A stretch of 64,000 nt of DNA from contig JAITVV010000011.1 in NCBI GenBank assembly GCA_031285625.1, forward strand, positions 21,644-85,643, in the 5' to 3' direction. Position numbers and translations under genes: made by a program. Below are positions 19,679 to 28,518 of this stretch, piece after piece. Numbering within the stretch: the stretch's first letter is position 1; the number at the start of each line of letters is the position of its first letter. The stretch is from Prevotella sp. (GTDB lineage: Bacteria > Bacteroidota > Bacteroidia > Bacteroidales > Dysgonomonadaceae). The notes under the pieces were generated by a model. It saw only the letters and a program-made list of their open reading frames with translations, searched no databases and was not told the origin of the DNA.

Positions 19679-21550
19679 ATGAAAGAAAATAAGAAATCGC
19701 CGTGGGCATGGATACCGTCACTTTATCTGGCAGAAGGGTTACCATATGTTGCAGTAATGACCATTTCGGTGATCATGTACAAGCGCATGGGTATATCCAA
19801 TACCGATATAGCACTATATACCAGCTGGTTGTACCTACCTTGGGTTATTAAACCATTCTGGAGTCCCTTCGTTGATTTACTGAAAACAAAGCGCTGGTGG
19901 ATTGTAACCATGCAAATACTCATTGGCGCAGGGTTTGCCGGTATAGCATTTACAATACCCCTACCCTTCTTCTTTCAGGCTACTTTAGCATTCTTTTGGC
20001 TATTAGCTTTTAGCTCGGCAACACACGATATTGCTGCCGACGGATTCTATATGTTGGGATTAAATACGAATCAGCAAGCCAAATATGTAGGTATAAGAAG
20101 TACATTTTACCGTGTTGCTACCATTATGGGACAAGGTGTACTTATTATTCTGGCTGGTTTTTTAGAAAGTACCTCAGGGTGTGAACCTGTAAAAATAAAT
20201 ATAGATGCCTCGCCACAATATACACAGTCGACACTAATCTTACCACAAACACCAGATATTGCAGCTCAGGATGTAGAAATTCATTTTATAGTAGACAAAG
20301 ATATTGTGCAGATAGGTACACATGGTGTTGATAAAGACAGTCTGCAGTCTTTTTTAGATAAGGTAATAGCCTTAAACCAGGATAACGGATTTGTGGCAAA
20401 AGAACATACTTCCGATGCAAATATAACTGAAAAGAAAGAAAGCGTATGGACAAGGAATGTATCTAAACCCTTCGGTGACTGGATAAAAAGTAACTTTGGA
20501 GAGAAACGCTATGTTACAGAATCGGAACATACAGGGAATGTTGCTGTTGCTGCAGTAAGACTATCCAAACAGCCAGAAGATAATAAAGAAATGATACTAA
20601 ACACAACCATGAACAGAGGTGATAATAGTATAGCCCTGTTACATGGTGAACGTCTGGCTTTCAACAATACAAACTGGAACAAACCAGCTTATCTTATTTT
20701 CCAGATCGATCCGAAACTAACTACTACCAGTACAGCCGAATATAAAGGACTGTCGGGAAATATACCATTTGCATGGTCTATCACATTCTTTGTATTGGCC
20801 GGATTGTTTATATTCTTTAGTTTCTATCACAGGGTAGTACTCCCTAAACCAGATTCAGACAAGGCTCATGCACATATAACAGCGAAATCTATTTTTACTG
20901 AGTTTGGTCAAACATTCAAAAGTTTCTTTAAGAAACCACAGGCTGCCGCCGCTATATTCTTTATGCTTACCTTCCGCTTTTCAGAAGCGCAATTGCTTAA
21001 ACTCATCAATCCGTTCCTACTAGATTCGAGGGACATCGGAGGGTTAGGTTTAACGACAGGTGAAGTAGGACTTGTATATGGAACAATTGGTATTATAGGG
21101 CTTACATTAGGCGGTATTATCGGAGGTTTTGTTGCTGCCAAAGGCGGACTAAAAAGATGGGTATGGCCTATGACACTAAGCATGTTGCTGACTATCGCCA
21201 CTTTCCTCTATTTGAGCTTCACACAAACAGATAGCCTGATCATCATCAATATTTGCGTATTTATTGAACAATTCGGGTATGGATTCGGATTTACAGCATA
21301 TATGCTATACCTTATCTATTTCTCGGAAGGAACACATAAAACAGCTCATTATGCCTTCTGTACCGGATTTATGGCGTTGGGTATGATGGTTCCGGGTATG
21401 TTTGCCGGATGGCTGCAAGAACAATTAGGATATAACCACTTCTTTATTTGGGTAATGATATGCTCTATTGTTCCTATCATCGCTGTTTCGCTGTTGAAGA
21501 TCGATCCTAATTATGGAAAGGCGAAAGAAGAAACTGGAAATGAACAATAA
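19679..21550 (+). CDS. ampG: AmpG-like MFS muropeptide permease with a large inserted soluble loop
   Basis: AEGLPY, LPWVIKPFWSPFVD, SATHDIAADGFY, TAHYA motifs; about 195 extra hydrophilic residues. Confidence 0.82.
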   Translation: MKENKKSPWAWIPSLYLAEGLPYVAVMTISVIMYKRMGISNTDIALYTSWLYLPWVIKPFWSPFVDLLKTKRWWIVTMQILIGAGFAGIAFTIPLPFFFQATLAFFWLLAFSSATHDIAADGFYMLGLNTNQQAKYVGIRSTFYRVATIMGQGVLIILAGFLESTSGCEPVKINIDASPQYTQSTLILPQTPDIAAQDVEIHFIVDKDIVQIGTHGVDKDSLQSFLDKVIALNQDNGFVAKEHTSDANITEKKESVWTRNVSKPFGDWIKSNFGEKRYVTESEHTGNVAVAAVRLSKQPEDNKEMILNTTMNRGDNSIALLHGERLAFNNTNWNKPAYLIFQIDPKLTTTSTAEYKGLSGNIPFAWSITFFVLAGLFIFFSFYHRVVLPKPDSDKAHAHITAKSIFTEFGQTFKSFFKKPQAAAAIFFMLTFRFSEAQLLKLINPFLLDSRDIGGLGLTTGEVGLVYGTIGIIGLTLGGIIGGFVAAKGGLKRWVWPMTLSMLLTIATFLYLSFTQTDSLIIINICVFIEQFGYGFGFTAYMLYLIYFSEGTHKTAHYAFCTGFMALGMMVPGMFAGWLQEQLGYNHFFIWVMICSIVPIIAVSLLKIDPNYGKAKEETGNEQ

Positions 21551-21553
21551 ATA

Positions 21554-21628
21554 TTTTGTCATGCTGAGGTAACGAAGCATCTCGTCTCCTTTCAGGCAAG
21601 AAATTTCACTCCGTTCAAAATGACAAAA
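21554..21628. repeat. Short REP-like element, copy 4 (lacks the internal core)
   Basis: ttttgtcatgctgaggtaacgaagcatct...ttcactccgttcaaaatgacaaaa; same termini as the other copies. Confidence 0.7.
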
Positions 21629-21640
21629 AATAAAAAAGTT

Positions 21641-22876
21641 ATGAAAAAAACATCAATTATATTATCTGTATTCTGCTTACTCTCATTCACCTGTTTTGCA
21701 CAAAAGATAAAAATCAAAACAGGGATTGAGGTACTGAAAGAACAGAACTTTAAAGTACTGGAAGGCAAGCGTGTAGGACTTATCACCAATCCTACCGGGG
21801 TAGATAATAATATGAAATCTACAATTGACATCTTACACGAAGCCAGAAATGTGCAATTAGTAGCCCTTTTCGCTCCCGAACATGGAGTGAGAGGTGATGC
21901 CCATGCCGGAGACCATGTGGATAATGTAAAAGATCCAAACACCGGACTCCCGGTATACTCATTACATGGAAAAACTAAAATTCCCACTGCAGATATGCTC
22001 AAGGGAATTGATGCTTTGGTGTATGATATTCAGGATATAGGTTGCCGCTCATTTACCTATGTAAGCACAATGGGGCTTGGGATGCAGGCCGCTGCTGAAA
22101 ACAATATCGAATTTATTGTCCTCGACAGGCCAAACCCTCTTGGAGGATTAAAGGTAGAAGGTGGCTTGGTTGACGAAAAATTTATTTCCTTTGTAAGCCA
22201 ATTCAAAATACCTTATGTATACGGATTGACTTGTGGCGAACTGGCTCAGTTGCTTAACGGAGAAAATATGCTCAGTAAACAATGTAAGCTACAAGTAGTA
22301 AAAATGAAAAGTTGGAAACGCAAAATGACATATGAACAAACAGGACTGCAATGGATCCCATCGTCTCCGCATATCCCCCAGCCCATTTCTGCAGTGATGT
22401 ATCCTGTATCGGGCATTTTGGGTGAACTAGGTTATATGTCTATTGGTGTTGGATATACAATCCCGTTTCAGATGTTTGCTACCGAATGGATAAAAGCGGA
22501 CGAACTGGCAAACAGTCTCAACAGACTACGTTTACCCGGAATTCATTTCCGGCCTCTCTACATCAAACCATTCTACTCTGTGGGGCAAGGTAAACAACTG
22601 GAAGGGGTACAGGTACATATAATGGATTATGAAAAAGCCCGCTTATCTGAAATACAATTCTATGTTATGCAGGAAGTAGCACGGTTATACCCTGATAAAG
22701 CAGTATTTGATAATGCAAATGATAAACGCTACAGAATGTTTGATCAGGTGTGCGGCAGTGATTATGTCAGGCTTACTTTTGCAAAGAATAATAAATTCGA
22801 AGATATTAAAGATTTTTGGTACAAAGAAACCGAACCATTTAAAAAGATATCAAAGAAATACTATCTGTATAAATAA
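21641..22876 (+). CDS. namZ: Exo-beta-N-acetylmuramidase (DUF1343/GH171), paralog 2
   Basis: Signal peptide from ATG 21641; FAPEHGVRG, DIQDIGCRSFTY, LDRPNPLGG. Confidence 0.9.
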   Translation: MKKTSIILSVFCLLSFTCFAQKIKIKTGIEVLKEQNFKVLEGKRVGLITNPTGVDNNMKSTIDILHEARNVQLVALFAPEHGVRGDAHAGDHVDNVKDPNTGLPVYSLHGKTKIPTADMLKGIDALVYDIQDIGCRSFTYVSTMGLGMQAAAENNIEFIVLDRPNPLGGLKVEGGLVDEKFISFVSQFKIPYVYGLTCGELAQLLNGENMLSKQCKLQVVKMKSWKRKMTYEQTGLQWIPSSPHIPQPISAVMYPVSGILGELGYMSIGVGYTIPFQMFATEWIKADELANSLNRLRLPGIHFRPLYIKPFYSVGQGKQLEGVQVHIMDYEKARLSEIQFYVMQEVARLYPDKAVFDNANDKRYRMFDQVCGSDYVRLTFAKNNKFEDIKDFWYKETEPFKKISKKYYLYK

Positions 22877-22958
22877 CTGAACACAATTTTATCTATATAA
22901 TGCAGATAACAAGTAGATTATCCGATAAAAAAGGTTACAATAAAAAGTAACTGAAATG

Positions 22959-22978
22959 TGTTACTTTTGTCACCTTTT
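22959..22978 (-). repeat. Dispersed GTGACAAAAGTAACA motif, copy 2
   Basis: tgttacttttgtcacctttt. Confidence 0.6.
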
Positions 22979-23073
22979 AATATATAATAATATGATTATA
23001 AGCAATATAACAATTTAATAATTGTGTTACCTTTTATTAAAATACAGATCCTAACGAATAAAGAAATAGTATT

Positions 23074-24246
23074 ATGACCCAGAAACCCAATAATAATAGA
23101 TTATTATCTCTTGATATACTAAGGGGAATCACCATTGCCGGCATGATAATGGTAAACAATCCTGGATCATGGAATTATGTATATGAGCCGTTAAGGCATG
23201 CTGCATGGAACGGGCTTACCCCTACCGACTTGGTTTTTCCATTCTTCATGTTCATTATGGGGATATCTACCTTTATTTCTTTACGGAAATTCAATTTCGA
23301 GTTTAGTAAGCCTACCTTATTCAAAATAATAAAAAGAACGATTATTATATTCCTTATTGGTCTTGGTTTAGGTTGGCTATCTCTTTCATTCAGAACATTC
23401 GGTAACCTATCCGGTGAAGAATTAGGGTTCTTCGAAAGATTCTTCAAAGCCATTACCGATTTTGAACATATACGCATACTGGGTGTAATGCAACGCCTAG
23501 CCATTACATACGGAGCTACAGCCTTGATAGCTATTCTGGTTAAGCATAAATATATACCTTATATTATTGTGGTTACACTATTCGGCTATTTCTTGCTCCT
23601 GCTATTTGGAAACGGATTCGAATTTAGTGAAGATAATATTATTTCTGTTCTCGACAGAGCTATACTTGGAACGAATCATATGTACAAGGATAGTGGTCTG
23701 GCAATTGATCCGGAAGGATTATTAAGTACAATTCCGGCCATCTGTCATGTATTGATAGGATTCTGTTGCGGAGAACTGCTATTGTCAACAAAGGATAATC
23801 ACGAACGGATACAACGACTATTTATAATTGGTGCTATAATGACATTTCTTGGTTTTCTACTTAGTTATGGTTGCCCGATCAATAAAAAGATATGGTCACC
23901 GACATTTGTTATAGCTACATGCGGACTGGCAGCTACACTATTAGCTTTATTAATATGGATAATAGACATCAAGGGATATAAAAAATGGAGTGTATTCTTT
24001 GAATCATTCGGTGTGAACCCTCTGTTTATATATGTAGCAGCAGGCGTATTCTCGGTATTATTAGCCAATATTCAATTCACATATTATGGAAACTTAATAA
24101 GTATTAAAGATTTCGCATATCAAAAATGTATACATCCACTTTTCGGAAATTATTTAGGATCATTGGTGTATGCATTATTATTTGTCGGATTCAACTGGGT
24201 GATAGGTAATATATTGTATAAAAAGAAAATCTATATAAAGATATGA
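23074..24246 (+). CDS. HGSNAT/NagX-like (DUF5009/DUF1624) membrane protein, positional homolog of Tannerella MurT
   Basis: RLLSLDILRG, VNNPG, HAAWNGLTPTDLVFPFF, GVMQRLA, DPEGLLS, PINKKIWSPTF; namZ-X-kinase-murQ gene order. Confidence 0.8.
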   Translation: MTQKPNNNRLLSLDILRGITIAGMIMVNNPGSWNYVYEPLRHAAWNGLTPTDLVFPFFMFIMGISTFISLRKFNFEFSKPTLFKIIKRTIIIFLIGLGLGWLSLSFRTFGNLSGEELGFFERFFKAITDFEHIRILGVMQRLAITYGATALIAILVKHKYIPYIIVVTLFGYFLLLLFGNGFEFSEDNIISVLDRAILGTNHMYKDSGLAIDPEGLLSTIPAICHVLIGFCCGELLLSTKDNHERIQRLFIIGAIMTFLGFLLSYGCPINKKIWSPTFVIATCGLAATLLALLIWIIDIKGYKKWSVFFESFGVNPLFIYVAAGVFSVLLANIQFTYYGNLISIKDFAYQKCIHPLFGNYLGSLVYALLFVGFNWVIGNILYKKKIYIKI

Positions 24247-25103
24247 TATTACTAGCGGACGGAGGATCTACCAAAGTCGATTGGCGTTTGGTAGATGGTA
24301 GCAAAGAGATAAAACAGATTTCCACAAAAGGGTCTAATCCGTTTTTTCGTACGAGAGAAGATATTAGTGACGAAATAAAGGCTGTTATAAAACCGGCTGT
24401 GGAAAACTATGTAATCGATGCTGTATTCTTTTTTGGAGCAGGGTGTGCCACTCCTGAAAAAAGTATGGTAATAAAGAATGCAATAGCCGATAATATAAAA
24501 ACTCCCTATATAGAAGTTGACAGTGATCTGCTTGCTGCGGCAAAAGGCCTCTGTGGTACAAATGAAGGCATAGCCTGTATCCTGGGTACAGGATCAAACT
24601 CGTGCTTCTATGACGGAATAGCCATAAAAGAAAATATCTCACCTTTGGGTTATATACTTGGGGATGAGGGAAGCGGTGCTGTCCTGGGCAGACTGTTTAT
24701 AGGAGCATGTTTGAAAAACCAACTAACAAAAGGACTTAAAGAGAAGTTCCTCAAGGAGTTTGATCTTACACCGGCTACTATTCTGGATACTGTATATAAA
24801 CAACCAATGGCTAACCGCTTTCTGGCAAGTCTCTCTCCTTTCCTGATAGAGAACATACAGGACGAAAGCGTCTATAATCTTGTCTATAATGCATTTAAAG
24901 ATTTCTTTGTAAAGAACGTAATGCAATATGACTATAAAAATAATGATGTACATTTTACAGGATCTGTGGCATACCACTACAAAGACATATTACATAAAGT
25001 AGGTTCTGACATCGGCATCAAAATAGGTACTATTGCACAATCGCCAATGGAAGGCCTTATCAGATACTATGCAGGAGAATGTCAAACAATATATAACAGA
25101 TAA
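24243..25103 (+). CDS. murK: BadF-type N-acetylmuramic acid kinase, paralog 2
   Basis: DGGSTK, GTGSNS, LGDEGSG; start overlaps the upstream stop; directly before murQ. Confidence 0.75.
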   Translation: MILLADGGSTKVDWRLVDGSKEIKQISTKGSNPFFRTREDISDEIKAVIKPAVENYVIDAVFFFGAGCATPEKSMVIKNAIADNIKTPYIEVDSDLLAAAKGLCGTNEGIACILGTGSNSCFYDGIAIKENISPLGYILGDEGSGAVLGRLFIGACLKNQLTKGLKEKFLKEFDLTPATILDTVYKQPMANRFLASLSPFLIENIQDESVYNLVYNAFKDFFVKNVMQYDYKNNDVHFTGSVAYHYKDILHKVGSDIGIKIGTIAQSPMEGLIRYYAGECQTIYNR

Positions 25104-25107
25104 TAAA

Positions 25108-25932
25108 ATGACTTTTGTAAAAATCACAGAACAACCTTCACTATATGATAATCTGGAAGATAAATCCGTTTTGGAGTTACTGACAGATATAAACAACGAA
25201 GATAAGAAAGTCGCACTTGCAGTAGAAAAAGCAATACCACAGATAGAAAAGTTGGTTTTACAAATAGTTCCACGGATACAGCAGGGAGGGCGTATTTTCT
25301 ATATGGGAGCAGGAACCAGCGGTCGTCTCGGTGTGCTTGATGCATCAGAGATTCCACCTACATTTGGCATGCCCAATACGCTGGTTATAGGACTAATAGC
25401 CGGAGGCGATACTGCATTACGCAATCCGGTGGAAAAAGCTGAAGATAATATGGAAACCGGATGGAAAGAATTAGAAGCTCATAATATAAATGAGAAAGAT
25501 ACTGTGATAGGTATTGCGGCTTCAGGTACTACCCCGTATGTAGTAGGAGTTCTCCGTGAAGCCCGCAAACATGGGATACTCACAGCATCTATATCGAGTA
25601 ATCCCGATTCCCCGATTGCACAGGAAGCAGAGATTCCTATCGAGATGATTGTCGGTCCGGAGTTTGTTACAGGTAGTTCTCGTATGAAGTCGGGTACAGG
25701 GCAGAAAATGATACTGAATATGATAACTACATCAACAATGATAAAACTCGGCCGTGTAAAGGGTAACCGCATGGTTAACATGCAATTATCCAATGCAAAA
25801 TTGGTAGACAGAGGTACGCGTATGGTATCAGAAGAACTCGGTCTTGATTACGATCAGGCCAACAGGTTATTACTATTACACGGCTCAGTAAAAAAGGCTG
25901 TTGATGCATACAAAGCAGACAACAAGCAGTGA
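25108..25932 (+). CDS. murQ: N-acetylmuramic acid 6-phosphate etherase
   Basis: GAGTSGRLGVLDASEIPPTFG, ASGTTPYV, GPEFVTGSSRMKSGTGQK, KLVDRG; likely start ATG 25108. Confidence 0.95.
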   Translation: MTFVKITEQPSLYDNLEDKSVLELLTDINNEDKKVALAVEKAIPQIEKLVLQIVPRIQQGGRIFYMGAGTSGRLGVLDASEIPPTFGMPNTLVIGLIAGGDTALRNPVEKAEDNMETGWKELEAHNINEKDTVIGIAASGTTPYVVGVLREARKHGILTASISSNPDSPIAQEAEIPIEMIVGPEFVTGSSRMKSGTGQKMILNMITTSTMIKLGRVKGNRMVNMQLSNAKLVDRGTRMVSEELGLDYDQANRLLLLHGSVKKAVDAYKADNKQ

Positions 25933-25936
25933 AAGG

Positions 25937-25968
25937 AAAAGGAATAGTCAGATATGGTTATTCCTTTT
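25937..25968. terminator. Bidirectional terminator
   Basis: aaaaggaatagtca-gata-tggttattcctttt. Confidence 0.7.
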
Positions 25969-26621
25969 TAACTAAATAAAAGATCAGATAATCCTTTAAT
26001 GTCCTCGACAATATAAGTAGCTCCTGCGAGATTCAATTCATCATAATCACCATATCCGTATAATACACCAACAGAGTCAATTCCTACATTTTTAGCTCCG
26101 ATAATGTCATGTTTACGGTCTCCTATCATTATCGTTTGTGAGAGATCAGTTATATTATTTATTTGCAGGACATGCTCTATTACAGCCGTTTTTGTATTAC
26201 GTGAATTGTCTAAGCTACTGCCACCTATAAATGTAAAGTAATTTATCAGATTAAAGTGGTCAAGTATTCTTTCGGCAAAAACCGTCGGTTTTGAGGTAGC
26301 CAGATAGAGTTTAAACCCAGATGAGTCCAGATACTCAAGAATGTCCTTCATTCCCTCATAAAGATAGTTCTCGTACAACCCTATTTCTGAGTATCTTTCG
26401 CGGTATTTTGCCAATGCAATTTCTATTTGGTCATCGGATAAGCTATAAAATTCCCTGAACGAATCTTTTAAGGGAGGTCCGATAAAAGGACACAGATCGG
26501 TCAGATCATTTACATCGATACCTAAATGGTTCAAAGCAAACTCTACAGATTTTGTGATTCCAATCATAGGATCGGTAATAGTACCATCCAGATCAAAGAG
26601 AATATGTTTATAATTTCCCAT
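25968..26621 (-). CDS. HAD-family phosphatase (Gph/5'-nucleotidase-like)
   Basis: FDLDGT, ATSKP, MIGDRKHD; likely start MGNYKH at 26621. Confidence 0.88.
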   Translation of the reverse strand: MGNYKHILFDLDGTITDPMIGITKSVEFALNHLGIDVNDLTDLCPFIGPPLKDSFREFYSLSDDQIEIALAKYRERYSEIGLYENYLYEGMKDILEYLDSSGFKLYLATSKPTVFAERILDHFNLINYFTFIGGSSLDNSRNTKTAVIEHVLQINNITDLSQTIMIGDRKHDIIGAKNVGIDSVGVLYGYGDYDELNLAGATYIVEDIKGLSDLLFS

Positions 26622-26816
26622 AAAGATTAAACTCTGCGAAATTAATATTTTACAATAACATAATATCGAATGAATGGCAAAATTCTTATATATATTTACA
26701 GTATCAGAACAGATTATCTCATTTGATAATGTATCAGGAACACACATTTTTATTATCTTTACCCTCTGTATTTTATTTATTAAACCTAAATCAATATGAT
26801 GTTTACAGTAAAAAAA

Positions 26817-28085
26817 ATGATGATGAAAAGCCTTTTGGTATGCTCTGTAGCTGCCTTATCTTTTACATCCTGCGATGGTGGAGGTCAGCCCAATACTCTC
26901 ACCGAACAAGAAAAAGCAGACGGATGGCAACTTTTATTTGATGGAACCACGATGACCGGATGGCGGGACTATAACGGGACAAGCCTTACCGAGCCATGGC
27001 ATGTAGTAGACGGATGCATACAAGCCAAGGGAGATGGAAGTGATGCCAGTGGTTATATTGTTACAGACAAACAATATGAAAACTTTGAACTTTCATGGGA
27101 CTGGAAGCTATCAAAAGGTGGAAATAGCGGTATGCTATATCATGTTGTAGAAAGGCCTCAGTATAAAGTACCTTATGTAACAGGACCTGAGTACCAGCTT
27201 ATCGATACTCCTAATTTTCCTGAAAAGCTGGAAGATTGGCAAGATATGGGTGCTGACTATGCAATGTATGTTCCGGATAAAGCCAAGATGAAAGTTAACC
27301 CTCAGGGAGAATGGAATAATTCTAAGATTGTGTTTGATAATGGCCATGTAGAACATTGGTTGAATGGAGTTAAGATAGTAGAATTTGAAGCATGGACAGA
27401 AGACTGGTTCGCCCGTAAAAATAGCGGAAAATGGAATGATGCTCCTGAATATGGTTTAGCAAGAAAAGGCGTATTGTGCTTACAAGATCATGGATATCCG
27501 GCATCTTTCCGCAATATTAAAATAAAAGAGCTTCCTCGTAAGAATAAAGAAGTAAATCTTTTTAATGGAAAAGATTTAGATGGATGGCAAGCATACGGAA
27601 CAGAGAAATGGTATGTAAAAGATGACCTGCTAATATGCGAAAGTGGCCCGGATAAACAATATGGCTATCTTGCCACTCGTGAATACTATGATGATTTTGA
27701 TCTGACAGTTGAGTTTAAGCAAGAAGCTGACGGTAACTCAGGTGTATTTATCCGTTCGTTTATTGAAGAAGGAGTTAAAGTAAACGGATGGCAGGTAGAA
27801 GTGGCTCCAAAAGGACATGGCACCGGTGGTATCTATGAATCTTATGGAAGAGGCTGGCTGATACAAATACCAAAAGAAAAAGAAGAGTTTCTTAAAGTAG
27901 GAGACTGGAACACCATGCGTATCCTTGTACAAGGCGATAAAGTAACCACTTGGCTGAACGGACAAGAGATGGTTAACTTCCAGGATGATAAAATAGGTGC
28001 GGGTCAAGGCCGCATTGCATTACAAATCCATGATGGAGGAGGTATAAAAGTATTATGGCGTAACTTGAAACTGAAAACACTGTAA
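26817..28085 (+). CDS. Tandem DUF1080 (3-keto-disaccharide hydrolase-like) lipoprotein
   Basis: Lipobox FTSC; two repeats of LFD/NG...GW, NSG, EYQ/QVE, LQDH/LQIH, FRNIKI; start uncertain (26796-26823). Confidence 0.85.
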   Translation: MMMKSLLVCSVAALSFTSCDGGGQPNTLTEQEKADGWQLLFDGTTMTGWRDYNGTSLTEPWHVVDGCIQAKGDGSDASGYIVTDKQYENFELSWDWKLSKGGNSGMLYHVVERPQYKVPYVTGPEYQLIDTPNFPEKLEDWQDMGADYAMYVPDKAKMKVNPQGEWNNSKIVFDNGHVEHWLNGVKIVEFEAWTEDWFARKNSGKWNDAPEYGLARKGVLCLQDHGYPASFRNIKIKELPRKNKEVNLFNGKDLDGWQAYGTEKWYVKDDLLICESGPDKQYGYLATREYYDDFDLTVEFKQEADGNSGVFIRSFIEEGVKVNGWQVEVAPKGHGTGGIYESYGRGWLIQIPKEKEEFLKVGDWNTMRILVQGDKVTTWLNGQEMVNFQDDKIGAGQGRIALQIHDGGGIKVLWRNLKLKTL

Positions 28086-28108
28086 CTATATTCTCATAAT
28101 AAAGAAGG

Positions 28109-28279
28109 TGTGTCAAAAGTAAAACAGCACAATCAAAGTGTTAGCCTCTTTGTCATCCTGAGTGTAACGAAGAATCTCGATCCTAATTAACACGAGAGTT
28201 TGGCTCCGCTTCGCTCTGCCGATTTTCAATTCACTGCGTTCAACATGACAAAAAGAAAGTGAAAATTACTTTTGACACA
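28109..28279. mobile_element. MITE-like unit: 14-bp inverted repeats enclosing REP copy 3
   Basis: tgtgtcaaaagtaa (28109-28122) / ttacttttgacaca (28266-28279). Confidence 0.5.
28148..28252 (-). repeat. REP-like element, copy 3 (inverted)
   Basis: Reverse complement nearly identical to copy 2. Confidence 0.85.
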
Positions 28280-28405
28280 GCCTCTTATTTTCAACTCTTC
28301 CCTTTCAATTCTTTCGAAGTTTATAAAGTTCAATATTAATTATCTTATTATACAACTTCACTAATTTGTGAAAAGAAAAGTAACAAGTTCAAAATAATAA
28401 AATAC

Positions 28406-28426
28406 CTGTTACTTTTGTCACCTTTT
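28406..28426 (-). repeat. Dispersed GTGACAAAAGTAACA motif, copy 3
   Basis: ctgttacttttgtcacctttt. Confidence 0.6.
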
Positions 28427-28518
28427 GTAATCGAGTTTAAGGTTTATTCACCGTCAATTAAAAGTTGTATGTATTACAAAAAACTGATACCTTTGAAGCC
28501 ATAAAAATAACTGAATAT

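Noticed and set aside
25033-25107. Extended N-termini in the ORF track (murQ; likewise ykfC, HAD, S9 peptidase, copA, TBDR)
   Set aside because: They start at TTG/ATT-type or upstream codons that overlap promoters or neighbouring genes; downstream ATGs fit signal peptides and family starts better
2396-28252. Repeats as a CRISPR array
   Set aside because: Copies are kilobases apart with no repeat-spacer periodicity, and no cas genes are present
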